Shown here one piece after another: positions 13,247 through 24,849 of a DNA stretch of 64,000 nt. The position numbers and the translations under genes are program-made. Source of the DNA: Vicugna vicugna (Eukaryota); NCBI GenBank assembly GCA_013265495.1, contig MU058463.1, positions 372,001 to 436,000 of the forward strand, read 5' to 3'. The first letter of the stretch is position 1. Each line of letters starts with the position of its first letter. The notes under the pieces were generated by a model. It was not told the origin of the DNA and searched no databases. It was given only the letters and a program-made list of their open reading frames with translations.

Positions 13247-14517
13247 AAAACTGCATGCATTTATTACTTAGATATAAAAAAACCTTTAAAAAATACAATT
13301 GAGAAAAAGGTCCTTAAAATATCAAATAAATTTGAGTAGAAAACATAAAGTGAAATAAACTTCACATATAAAAGTGAAACACAAACCTATGTGTAGGTCC
13401 ATTTGTAGTGAAAAATACCCACGTCTGTACAGGAAAGCAATTTTGATGGCATTTCTGATGTTTCACAGTCCACATGAAAAGGCTAACAAAGAAGAACGGA
13501 TTGGGTAATAAAAACTATCAGAACATTTATCTCCCTGAAGTGTTTAAAAACTTATGATACAACACAATCTTATCAGAGGAGATGTAAAAATAAGCTTTAT
13601 AATTTGTCATTTGAAAATCATTTTTATAAACATGATTTGATGCACTTTTGGAATAATATAGCATTTAGTTTTAAACTGTGATGAAAGGGAATGAATGTGT
13701 TCTACTTCCTCTCCCCCAAGCAATCGAGGCAGTTTATGATTTACTTTTTTGGAAGTGATTGAGAAAAGCAGAATGAGTCACAAATGCTGAAAGTTAAACA
13801 GAACTGAAATGGTAAATTATTTCAGAGCAGATGTTTAAAGGAAAAGAAACCAATGACTGAGAGGAAAGAATGGATATTAGAGGACTGGAATAATTTTTTA
13901 GGGACGTTTCTTATAGTTCACTTTTGACACACACAACTTGCCAAATCACTGACTATATAAAACAGTTGTTATGAGTGGAGACATTTTAACAATCTTAACT
14001 ACTGTAACTCTTATGATTGAAAATATTTATGCAGGCAACTATTCTGTAATAACTACAAAATTATCATCAACTACTAGTACTATTTATTAACTACAGTCTG
14101 TGAAATACTTCTTGAGGTATCAAACAGATAATACTTCTATTTTGTATATTAAGAAATAGAATTATAGAGGTTATATGAGTTGCTATGATTTTATAAATCA
14201 TTTGAATAATTTCTGTGACAGAATTTCAGCTTTTTTTTCCAAAGACCCAAACTTTTCCACAGCATTATCCTGTTTTATGTAGTTAGGATAATTCTGGGTT
14301 TTTTGTTTGTTTATTTGGGGGGAGAATATTGTCAATAAAAATTTGCAAGTAAAAATCAAATTTTATTAATCATGAATACATGCTTAGGAGTAGTGCAATC
14401 TTACCTAGCTCACTTACTCACACATCTATAGTTGAAAGTTAATACATACTTAAAGGAAATTTTACATTTGTTCACTCATATAAAACAAAACAAAACAACA
14501 AAGTTATGATTATCTAC

Positions 14518-15058
14518 TGTAGTAGGCAGGATAATGGATCCCCGGATATTTTCATGTCCTACTTTTCAATATGTGTGAATTTGTAAGATTGCATGGCAAT
14601 GGAAGATTAAGGTTTCAGATGAAATTAAGGTTGCTATTTAGTTAACCTTGAGATAAGGAAATTATCCTGAATTATCCTGCAGGGCCTAATATGATCACAA
14701 GTGTCCTTATAAGTGGAAGAAGGAGGAAAAAGAGAAAGAATGAGAGAAATGGCATTGTGATGAACAGTCAACTCAATGATGCTGGCTTTGTGGATGAATG
14801 AATGGGGCCATGAACCAAGAAACATGAACCAAGAAATATGAACCAAGAACTTTTGAAGCCAGAAAAGTCTACGAAATGGATTTTCCCTAGAGCCTCTAGA
14901 AGAAATGCAGCTCTGCCTGCCAACACCTTGGTTTTACCATTTTAGACCCATTTTGGACTTTGGGCCTCCAGAACAATACATTTGTGTTACTTTAAGCCAC
15001 TAAATTTGTGGCAGTTGTTTTGTTTTATTTTTAAAAACAGGTATAGAAAATGATCACA
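14518..15058 (+). mobile_element. MaLR solo LTR, MLT1D-like
   Basis: TG..CA ends; 'tgtagtaggcaggataatgg', 'gatgaaattaaggttgcta', 'ttttccctagagcctctagaagaaatgcagc', 'ttaagccactaaatttgtgg'. Confidence 0.9.
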
Positions 15059-15063
15059 ATTAC

Positions 15064-15558
15064 TGCAGGGGAGGCAAAACTGTACATCTACCATCTTATA
15101 TCTAGGTGCTCATTTGGTAGTCTAGCAAAAAGATTAACAATAGAAAAACATTTTATTAACATGTGCAGTACACATCATGCAGAAGAAATGTAAAAGGTAA
15201 TGAAAAGTGAGGCCTTGTAAGTCCATTTAATAGAGCATCTTCAACAAAGACAATAAACTTATAGAGGAACAACAGGACAAAGGAAAGTTGTTTTAGGCTT
15301 TCAAGGCTGGCAGTCTTGAGAACAAACACGGAAGGATACTGATGGAGTAAGTTTTGTTTGCAGATGTCTTGGCATCATCTCTTGAGCTGAAAAGAATCTT
15401 TCCCCAGGAAAAGGCAAATTTGTTCCCTGCCTTAGGCAAAAAAAATGGTAGGGTAGAAAGAGTTTTTCTTGGATTTGCTGCTTCTTAATCGCATTCAGCC
15501 CAAAATATTTTTTAATGTCAAACAGGCATATTTTAGGGTAACATTATTATTTCCTTCA
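15064..15558 (-). mobile_element. ERV1-class solo LTR
   Basis: TG..CA ends with a 4-bp near-TSD ttac/ctac. 'tgcaggggaggcaaaact...' and 'cagcccaaaatatttttaatgtcaaacaggcatattttagggt' resemble antisense MER41-like LTRs; related to 34809-35185. Confidence 0.7.
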
Positions 15559-16480
15559 CTACTATGTCCTAGTATCTTTGCTAGGTGTTAGCACTAGACT
15601 ATAAAACAAGACAGAAAAGGCTATTGATCTGTAAGAGTTAAATTATAGAAAGTACAAAGGGAAAACTAAGGAAACAAGCAAACAAACAAAATTAGGTTGA
15701 TAATATCTATGGAAGGAAAAGCAGTATGCTGGCAGAGAAAGAAAATAAAGATACACTCAAGTAGGTCTGCAGTTTTTAAAGGGCTAGAATGGTCAGAAAA
15801 AAACACAAGCACTGGTAATTGTAAAATTAAGAGTCAGCCATGTTCAGAACATTGTAAAATAACACTTCAAAGGCAAGAGTTCACAGATTGTGAAGGGTAT
15901 TGTCAAAAGATGCTCAGAGAACAGAATTATGGCATTTTAACAAGAATGAGTTTACCAAGTGGAAGGGTGCAAAATCTGATTTTGGAAAAGCATCTAAATC
16001 TCAGAAACCTGTAGGCCACCACAGCAGGTAGTTTAGACTTTACAAAAAGTGTAATGAAAATTGTCACATGATTTAATAGAGGTAATGATATTATCAAATA
16101 TAAATATTTTATGATAATTTCCTGCTGATGGTTAATGCCAAGTGGAGCATAAATAAAAGTAGTTTAGGAGAAGAGAATGGTGGTTTTGATTAGTTTAATT
16201 GCAGCAATATGGAGAGTGTTTAAATAAAAATGAGACAGGGCAAGAAGAATTGCTAATGGAACTAACAGAACAAGTAGGGATGTGAAAAATGGAAAAATTA
16301 TGAGTGACTATTAGGTTTTTAATGTAATTAACCGAATAGATGCCAATGACATTTACTAGAATGGAAGAGATTTTCTAAGAAACAATTTTGGGGGAAAAAA
16401 ATGAAGTTTTAATGGGTTAACTTTTAGAAAACCAGGGGGTGTCTAGGTAAAAAAAAATATTAAGTAAGTTATTCAATACC
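15559..16480 (-). mobile_element. L2 3' region (its terminal piece lies at ~14465-14517)
   Basis: 'ctactatgtcctagtatctttgctaggtgttag...aaacaagacaga' is the antisense L2 3' end; purine-rich decayed L2 continues. Confidence 0.7.
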
Positions 16481-17199
16481 TGGATATATATACACACGTA
16501 TATAGGTGTGTGCATATATACATACACAAAACACATACATGCGACATACATATATATGTACAATATATGCTTGACCTTATGTATAATATTTAATGAGTTA
16601 GGCCACTGTATTGTATTTGGGATTTTTAAAAGGTAAACTTCTTTAGCAATGTTACTGATATTAATTATGAATATAACTTGTTGAGTATATTATAATGGAT
16701 TCCTAAGGTTATAGTTAATGAGCTAATGGTGAATAATATGAGTCATCTATGGGGAAAATAGATACAACTCTAAGTGAACTCTAAGTCAACACTTACTGTT
16801 ACAAGATTATACACCAACAGCTCTTGGAACCAAATACAAAACAAAAACCAGTAACATTGACATCATAGGAAAGTTTTTTCCTATGTTTTTTAAAGTAGAT
16901 TAAATATATATACATATATTAAATGACAAGATTAATATATATTAGATAGCAAGATAAACAAAAATGATTAAATTAACTTATATGGGAATTGGTATGTAAA
17001 TACTCATTTATATGTTTCCTTTTCTATGCAAACAAACACTAATTGCTAAGCACTTTGAATTCTCAAAAGCATTTGTGTCCTGTCAAGTTTTCTGCTATTG
17101 GCATGTGGCATATGGTGTTAATCAAATTTCATCAAGGCTACAATTAAAGATATTTAAGGCTTATGATGATAGTTATACAAGTGTGATGCATTGACCAGA

Positions 17200-17700
17200 A
17201 GCCAGAGAGATGATCAGTGTAGAATTGTACGTAAAACCACAGGAACGAATGGGATGATTCACAAAGCGTGAAGAGCAGAGAAAGGAAGTCTCAGGAACGG
17301 CTCCTATGTAGCTTCATGGTATGATACTGCGTAAAACAGGTATGGCAAATAAGGTGGGAGGAAAACCCCAAGAATCTAGGGTTAATCTAAGATATGATCA
17401 TAAAAGTCATTCTTTGTATTAAATGAGAGGTTGAGTAAAATGAGGACAGAAGTCTACATCAAAACATGAAGAGCACTATCCCAGATTTCATTCCCTGAGG
17501 TGAAAAGACTAGAAACTTCCCATGAGTGACGATGGTAAAAAGCCGGATTGCTGACGGAATGCAGGGCTGTGGTCCTCCAGTTTAGAACAGTAGGCGAAAG
17601 CACTTTTGAGCCCAGTTTCCAGTGAAGACAGCAATTAGATGTTTGCCAGGCTTGGAGAGAGGAAGCAGAGACACCTTGCAAATGGAAACAAGGGCTGATA
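17200..17700 (-). mobile_element. L2 fragment
   Basis: 'attaaatgagaggttgagtaaaatgaggacaga' and surrounding purine-rich L2-like sequence. Confidence 0.55.
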
Positions 17701-18044
17701 ACTGACATTTTAGATAATCATTAATTTATCAATCTCACTTCTGAATTCTATAACCATCTTCTCTAGGAGGGAATAATTTATGGCTTAAGACAGTATTCTT
17801 AACCTGGCAAAATGTAATAAAATTTTAATTGTTCTTCATTATGTATAGGCTTAAATTTATACCTATTCTTAAAAATCCAGTATTCTTCACAATTCTATCC
17901 CAGCTTTCACTGAAAACACATTCTCCTATTATCCTTTACATGGATTTTGTAGCTATCAACTAATTTAAAAACCATGTATATTTTTAATCAAGCTTGACAT
18001 CCTCATTCTCTTTGCTAACTGCCTGAACACTAGACATTTTAAAA

Positions 18045-18480
18045 AACTTTTTAAATCGCAGTGTAATCTTCACGCAGAAAAATCACACAAATGATAAATG
18101 AACTCAGTGAATTATCTCAAAATGAACCCACCATTGTAAACACCACACAGATTTACAAACAGAATACCACCTGCATACCACAAAAGGCTCTTTATGCCCC
18201 TTCCTCATCACTGTGTCCTGTCACCTCCCTGATAGACCCAATATTAAATTCTAATGCATGTTTACAAGTTTTGAACTTTATATAAATGGAATCACAGAAT
18301 ATGTATTATTTTGTGTTTACCATCCTTCAGTCAGTAATTTGGTAAGTTTCATCCATGTCATGTTGAGTACCAGTGTTTTCACTTATTTTTATTGATGTAC
18401 AGTTTTTCATCTTATAATTACATCACATTCTACTTAAATTTGGACAATTGCAAAAAACGCTGCTATTAATATGTATATAC
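18045..18480 (-). mobile_element. L1ME-like 3'UTR
   Basis: 'gttttgaactttatataaatggaatcacagaatatgtattattttgtgt...ttcatccatgt...gctgctattaatat'. Confidence 0.8.
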
Positions 18481-19278
18481 ATCATAAAAATGTATACACT
18501 TAAACTAAGATACAAATATCTGAATGACCAGACATTGAAGATTCAGGGGAAGGAATCCCTGGATGGAAAACATAAAATCAAGCAGTTCTGAATATGATAA
18601 AGTATTGGAAATCATTACAAAACAGATGCACACATACACAACTACAAACAGCTATTCACAATGAGGAGAGTGGCAGGAAATTAGATCATGAAAAAAGACA
18701 GGCTGCAGATCTTGTGGGTCTTGTTTATGACAACTGAGGTTAAATTTCAATGAGAGATGTGGAAAGATTTTTAAGCCACTTAATTGAGGCATGACTTACA
18801 TACAAAAAACGGCAGTTAAATGATGTATGTCCAGGCAAAGAATACTCATGATTTGTCCTGTTTTGTTACAGGGGAGATAAAAGGTAAAGTGCATTAGTTT
18901 GTGAGTTACTGTTGAAAAATTAGCTTGTAAGGGAAACATTTGAAAAAGGAAAGAGGAATCAGACATAATTCTGAAGTTTTAAACTGAGCAACTAGGCAGT
19001 TGTGGTCCCTAGTCCCCAAAAACTGGAGGTGTTCAGAAATAATGACGGCAAAGTAAGGAAACCAAAAAAATGTTTTTGATTAATATAAGAAATAATGCCA
19101 AAGACAAGTATTAGTTTTTCTTTTCTGACTTTGGATGTTTAAAAATAATACTTTATGGAATAAAGACAGTCTCTTCAGCAAATGGTGTTGGGAAAACTGG
19201 ACAGCAGCATGTAAAACAATGAAGCTAGAACACACCCTTACACCATATACAAAAATCAACTCAAAATGGATTAAAGAC

Positions 19279-19413
19279 NNNNNNNNNNNNNNNNNNNNNN
19301 NNNNNNNNNNNNNNNNNNNNNNNNNNNNNNNNNNNNNNNNNNNNNNNNNNNNNNNNNNNNNNNNNNNNNNNNNNNNNNNNNNNNNNNNNNNNNNNNNNNN
19401 NNNNNNNNNNNNN
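19279..19413. other. Assembly gap (135 N)
   Basis: Run of N inside the young L1. Confidence 1.
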
Positions 19414-19414
19414 A

Positions 19415-19768
19415 GTGTGGAGATTCCTCAAAAGACTAGGAATAGACTTACCATGTGACCCAGGAATCCCACTCCTGGGCTTGTACCCAGAAGGAAATCT
19501 ACTTCAGGATGACACCTGCACCCCAATGTTCATAGCAGCACTATTTACAATAGCCAAAACATGGAAACAGCCTAAATGTCCATCAACAGGTGACTGGATA
19601 AAGAAGAGGTGGTATATTTATACAATGGAATACTACTCAGCCATAAAAACCGACAACATAATGCCATTTGCAGCAACATGGATGATCCTAGAGAATGTCA
19701 TTCTAAGTGAAGTAAGCCAGAAAGAGAAAGAAAAATACCATATGAGATCGCTCATATGTGGAATCTAA
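19415..19768 (+). pseudogene. L1 ORF2p C-terminal fragment (open frame, no real start)
   Basis: The 117-aa ORF matches the L1 ORF2 C-terminus; the element is 5'-truncated so cannot encode full ORF2p. Confidence 0.9.
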
Positions 19769-20051
19769 AAAACAAAACCAAACAAACAAAAACAAAGCAT
19801 AAATACAGGACAGAAATAGACTCACGGACAGAGAATACAGACTTGTGGTTACCAGGGGTGGGTAGAGGGTGGGAAGGGATAGACTGGGATTTCAAAATTG
19901 TAGAACAGATAAACAAGATTACACTGTATAGCACAGGGAAATATACACAAAATGTTACGATCAATCACAGAGGAAAAAAAATAATACTTTGTCATTCTAA
20001 ACCACTGTTACTCATTTAGGAGAAAATTTGTTATTAAATCAATAGAAGACA

Positions 20052-20402
20052 CATACTAAGTGCAGTAAGTCAGAGAAAGGAAAATATGTCACTTACATGC
20101 AGAATCTTAAAAAATAACACAAATGAACTTATTTACAAAACAGAAACAGACTCACAGACATAGAAAATAAACTTACGGTTATCAAAGGGGAAAGAAATTA
20201 TGAGTTTGGAATTTGCAAATACAAGCTACTATACAGAAAATAGACAAACAACAAGGTCCTACTATATAGGATAGCAAACTATATTCAATATCTGTAATAC
20301 CTGTAATGAAAAATTATATATATATGTATAATTGATTTACTATGCTGTAACCAGAAACTAACACAATATTGTAAATTAATATTTTAATAAAAAATAAACA
20401 CT
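20052..20402 (+). mobile_element. Artiodactyl-type L1 3' end with TSD
   Basis: 'catactaagtg..agtaagtcagag...caaatgaacttatttacaaaacagaaacagactcacagacatagaaaa'. TSD aaatcaatagaagaca (20036-20051) / aaataaatagaaggca (20403-20418). Confidence 0.9.
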
Positions 20403-20793
20403 AAATAAATAGAAGGCAATGGATAAGAAGGAAGCTAAATATGTTACTCATCAAATAAATAATAGTTACTTTGTTAGACATTTTATAAATATACTGTTTA
20501 ATTTTTAAAATAATTGTGGAGTGCAGCTAATAATGAGGGATATCTAATATGCTGCTTTTAAAAATGTTTAAGTAATTCTCTATGACATGCTTTCCCCATA
20601 AAAAAGTGATGGGTCAGTATCATATATATTTTTTGGAATATAAATTACTGTATATGAATTTTACTTGCCTCTCCAAGCTTCTTCTCCCTAGGACATCAGG
20701 GTACAATTCCATAGTAATGTTCCAGTGTGATTACTCTGACAAAGAGACATGACTATAATTGCAAACTAGCCATGAGAAAGGGGTTTGTTGCTA

Positions 20794-20931
20794 GGGGGAG
20801 GGTATAGCTCAAGTGGTAGAGTGCATGCTTAGCAATGTATGAGGTCCTGGGTTCTAATCCCCAGTACTTCCTCGAAGAATAAATAAACAAGCCTCATTAC
20901 CTCTCCTCACCAAAAAAAAAAAAAAGGGAAA
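20794..20931 (+). mobile_element. tRNA-derived SINE, camelid Vic-1-like
   Basis: Head ggggagggtatagctcaagtggtagagtgcatgcttagc with A box, B-box-like gggttctaatccc, A-rich tail. TSD agaaaggggtttg(t/g)tgc at 20775-20791 and 20932-20948. Confidence 0.9.
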
Positions 20932-23900
20932 AGAAAGGGGTTTGGTGCCAAGACAATCATGGATGTTGTAATGACGGTGGAGCATAATCCTTACAGGAAG
21001 TACACAATTATGTTTTATTTTATATCAAAAAAAGGTAGAATCATAATTCAAATATTCTGATTTTTTTCCCCTTAGAAATGAATCAGCTGCCAGAATGTAA
21101 GTTAAAGAGCAAATGTCTAGTCTAGGACATTTTCTAATTTCCATTAAAATAATGAGGCATGTTCCAAAATCTTTATATAGAGGTTTTTAAATGGTTAGCA
21201 ATAATGTGAAAATTTGCTTGATCTTAATATACACCCAAAGTATAATAAAGTGGTAGCACTGGGGCACTGCCCATATTAGGATATGAGGCTACAGTATCAT
21301 AAAGGAGACACTTTGAGTTGCAATTAAAATGGGATTGCACTGAATGTAATTATTCTCTATTTGTTTTTGTTTTTACTACTTCACATGAGTTTACTATTAT
21401 TATTGACTTAATACATTTACATATTTTGATTAGTTTTACATTTTTCCAGAATGGATCATATTTTCATAGTTTAGTTAATAGCTCATACATTTGAATAAAA
21501 TGACATTGTTATCAAATAATACTAACAATAATTATGAATGTAATGATTTGGAAACCTTGTCTTAGTTCTTTGAAATAGCTTTCTAATTTTGCATATATAC
21601 TAAAAAAATAATTTAATTATGGAGCTAAAATAAAAATCAACAAATTTCATGTTATAGTATTAAAAAAATTAGGTTTTACCTGGACAAAGAACTAGATTTT
21701 ACAAACTTGTTTTAAACTGAAGATTACTGAAAAGCATTTCCAATGCAGTGTTAATGATTAGACATTTTTATGGTTAAAAAAATAGTGTATAATTCCATTA
21801 ATGGTGCAATATATTTGTGTGTGGTACACCTGTAAGTGTGTTTGTGTTTTGAGTCCATAGTTTTAGGGATTAAAAATCAGTCTGACATACTGATGGAATA
21901 AGATATTGATGTATTAACTTTAGTTCTATTATCAAGCTCTTCATTCTCACTGACTCTTTTCACTCTATGCCACTTCCCAGATCCAACCACTAGATTTCCT
22001 AGAATTTGGTGTTCATGGTGTAAAAGTAACTTAAGAATTAAAAAAAGAGTACGTTCTTGACCTTTAATACTCCACCATTAAGAATGAGAAAATTAATAAT
22101 CTAGAGAAAGATAGACATAGAGATAGAGATAGAGATAAAGATTGCCCTGAATGCATTATATATACACACACACTGAGGCAGTCCTTATTCCTCCATTTTA
22201 CTAAGAGATTTTAAAAAGAGAATATGTTTTGTTTTAATGAGACTAAGACATCAGGTAGGATATCAGAACACGCTGACGTTGGAGTAGGTCTTAACAGGAG
22301 GTCTGCTTTAACCTCCTGCTTAACAGGAGGTAGAGAAACAGTCTCTACCTTCAAACTAAGCTTTTGCTCTCTCTCTCTCTTTCTCCCAACCTCTATCCAT
22401 CCCTCGTCCCCAACCCAGTCCTCTTCCTTCCTTCTTTCCTTTTTGTCTGGTATATTATAGTCAATTTATTATCAACGTAATATGAGCTAATTTACTTATC
22501 TGGAAAAACATTTTTACAAATTAATATTTTAAGAACTTCATACTTCATAAACTTTATGCTTTATAATTTTCTCAAGGATTTTTTTTATCTGAAGAGAATC
22601 ATGAATAGATGTGGGAACTGAAAGCAGGGCCTCTAAATGTAAAGTATTTTTTCTGAAAACCATCTCTAGAACAAATACATTATATGCATACTACCAATGT
22701 ATTCACATATAGTTAAAGGCTTCCATTGTTTGCATAGATTCTTTACCCATTTTCTGATTATGAGGCTCACAATGAAATCTAATGTTTTTGTTCTAATTAC
22801 GCACATTTAAAGAAAGTATAGCAGAAATTGTACTTCTCTCTCTAGGTAACTATCTGTAACTTGAAGCATTATCAGCATAATTATTTTTATTGTACACATG
22901 GTTCACCGATCTGCCATTATTAAATTCTTAAATCATGTGTCTGCAAGGCAGTTACATGCTTATAATAAAAAATACAATAAGTATATAGACATGTTACCAC
23001 AAAATGATTGAGGTATTTATTATAATCATGATCCTCCTTTAAAAACAATCTCCAGTCCTCTAATTTTCAAGTACAGGCTTTAATAACATACTCTTTAATA
23101 CATGAAGAATTTTCTACCATTATGTTGAGATTTTGAATTAAAATTGTGTGAAATATTTTCCTTTCTCACTGTGAAATTTGAAACACGTCCACATAGTTTT
23201 TCCATGTGTTAATAAGAAGTATTTGATTTCTGCCTGATTTCCCATATCACTTTGGAAATAATTTCAGCCCCTTTAATCAAAATATTTAATGTAGTCATTT
23301 TATTTCATGGGGATTTTTTCAAAAGGATAGTTGTTTTGTGAATACACTAAGTCTGAAATCATATGCATTTCTGTGAATGTGTATTCTTAGTGTGAATCAG
23401 CAGCACATGTGACTTCTATAAGTAGAATCCATTACATCCCTCCATTATCAAAACGTGACGTTCGCCAACAGCTGAAGATTTTTATTGTGTATCGTTTTCT
23501 CTTGCTGGAAACATTATTTGTTTCAATTTTTTTCCTTCTTTTTCCGTAGTATTTACCATTTACTATGTTTTTCTCTCTGATGTGGTTATTTTCCCTGAGT
23601 GATGAGTGAGCATAATACTTTCCTTGTGATTCTTCCTTCTCTACCAAAAAATAATTTCAAATATTGAACTTGATTACTCTGTGAATAGACTTTCTTGTAT
23701 TCCACTCAGTGGATATTATTTGGAATCTATTAGGTCCCTGGTCCTGTATTTGATACACAGTGTTTAAAAACATTCTATTAAATTATCCTGTAAAAGCTTA
23801 CATATATGGGGTATGTGTTTGAAGGGGAAGCAAAAACATAAACACAGAAAGGTTATCTTATCTAAAAGATACAATATTACTGAGAAATATACATGAAATC

Positions 23901-24849
23901 TTGAGGATAGATGAAACCTCACTGATAAGAAAAACACTACAGTAAAGTAACAAAAATGGAGAACAAAAGTTCATTGCAAATAGTGGGATATATATTTTAA
24001 CATTTATTGTCAACAGTAAAATTTATAATTATTATTAAAAAAACTGAATTCATCCTGCATTTAAGAAAATATAGATTATATTTGTATATGTGTTGATTCT
24101 TGCATCAGAGCCTAAATCTAGTGGTGATTACCTCTTTGCATTTTCTTAACATTACAGTGTAAAACTGTTACCACGTTTCACATTTTATGTTTGACTTTTC
24201 CATCAGAATCATAAAGGGAACTATTATTTTCAAAAATAATCAAGAAATGCCTCTGTTGTCTATAGAATCTTTTTTATCCTTTCTTTTCATGCATCTACCT
24301 GTCATTTTCTCCAACTTTTTTTTCTATCTTTTACTGTGATTTTTAGCATTTCCCAGAATCATTTTCATATACTCGTTGAAATTCTACTTTTTGGCTGTAT
24401 ATGCAATTGTATTTTGCAACTGATACATGTTTATATTTATTGTAAATCCCACAATCAGCAAGAAACTGATTCACAAACAAATTGATGCAAAAAGTAAGGA
24501 ACAGAATCCAGACTTGAAAAAAAAAAGACTTTTTACAGTGGACTAATTTAAGATGCCATTTAATGATATTTGCTTGTAATGATTGATTTTGCTTCAATAT
24601 ACAGAAGGAACTCACATAAGGAATCTTTGTAATATGAGGATCCTTATAGCTAGAGAGAATAAGAAAGTAGTCAAATGAGGCAAGGACAGGACAGGACATT
24701 TCAGAGAGATGGGCCAAAATAATATAAGGAACACATATAATTTGTTTGTAAATCAAATTATATAAATACTGTTGTATAATGGTTATGTACACAGTAGGTA
24801 CTAGAGACATAATAGAGGCAAGTCTAATATACTAAAAAGAATATATTTT

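Larger units (their letters stand above)
19155..19976 (+). mobile_element. Young lineage-specific L1, 5'- and 3'-truncated, with 14-bp TSD
   Basis: Clean ORF2 peptides [15 protein letters not shown]...[12 protein letters not shown] and WRFLKRL...YYSAIK...FAATWM..SEVSQKEK..ICGI*. Identical aaaaataatacttt at 19141-19154 and 19977-19990; TT|AAAA target. Confidence 0.95.

Noticed and set aside
14809..14849. CRISPR-like array
   Set aside because: Adjacent tandem units with no spacers, inside a mammalian LTR.
20794..20880. tRNA gene
   Set aside because: The tRNA-like head is followed by a SINE tail, poly(A) and TSD, and has insertions near the anticodon and B box; it is a SINE.
24343..24810. 155-aa minus-strand ORF
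   Set aside because: Composition typical of chance ORFs in AT-rich DNA; no recognisable domain.
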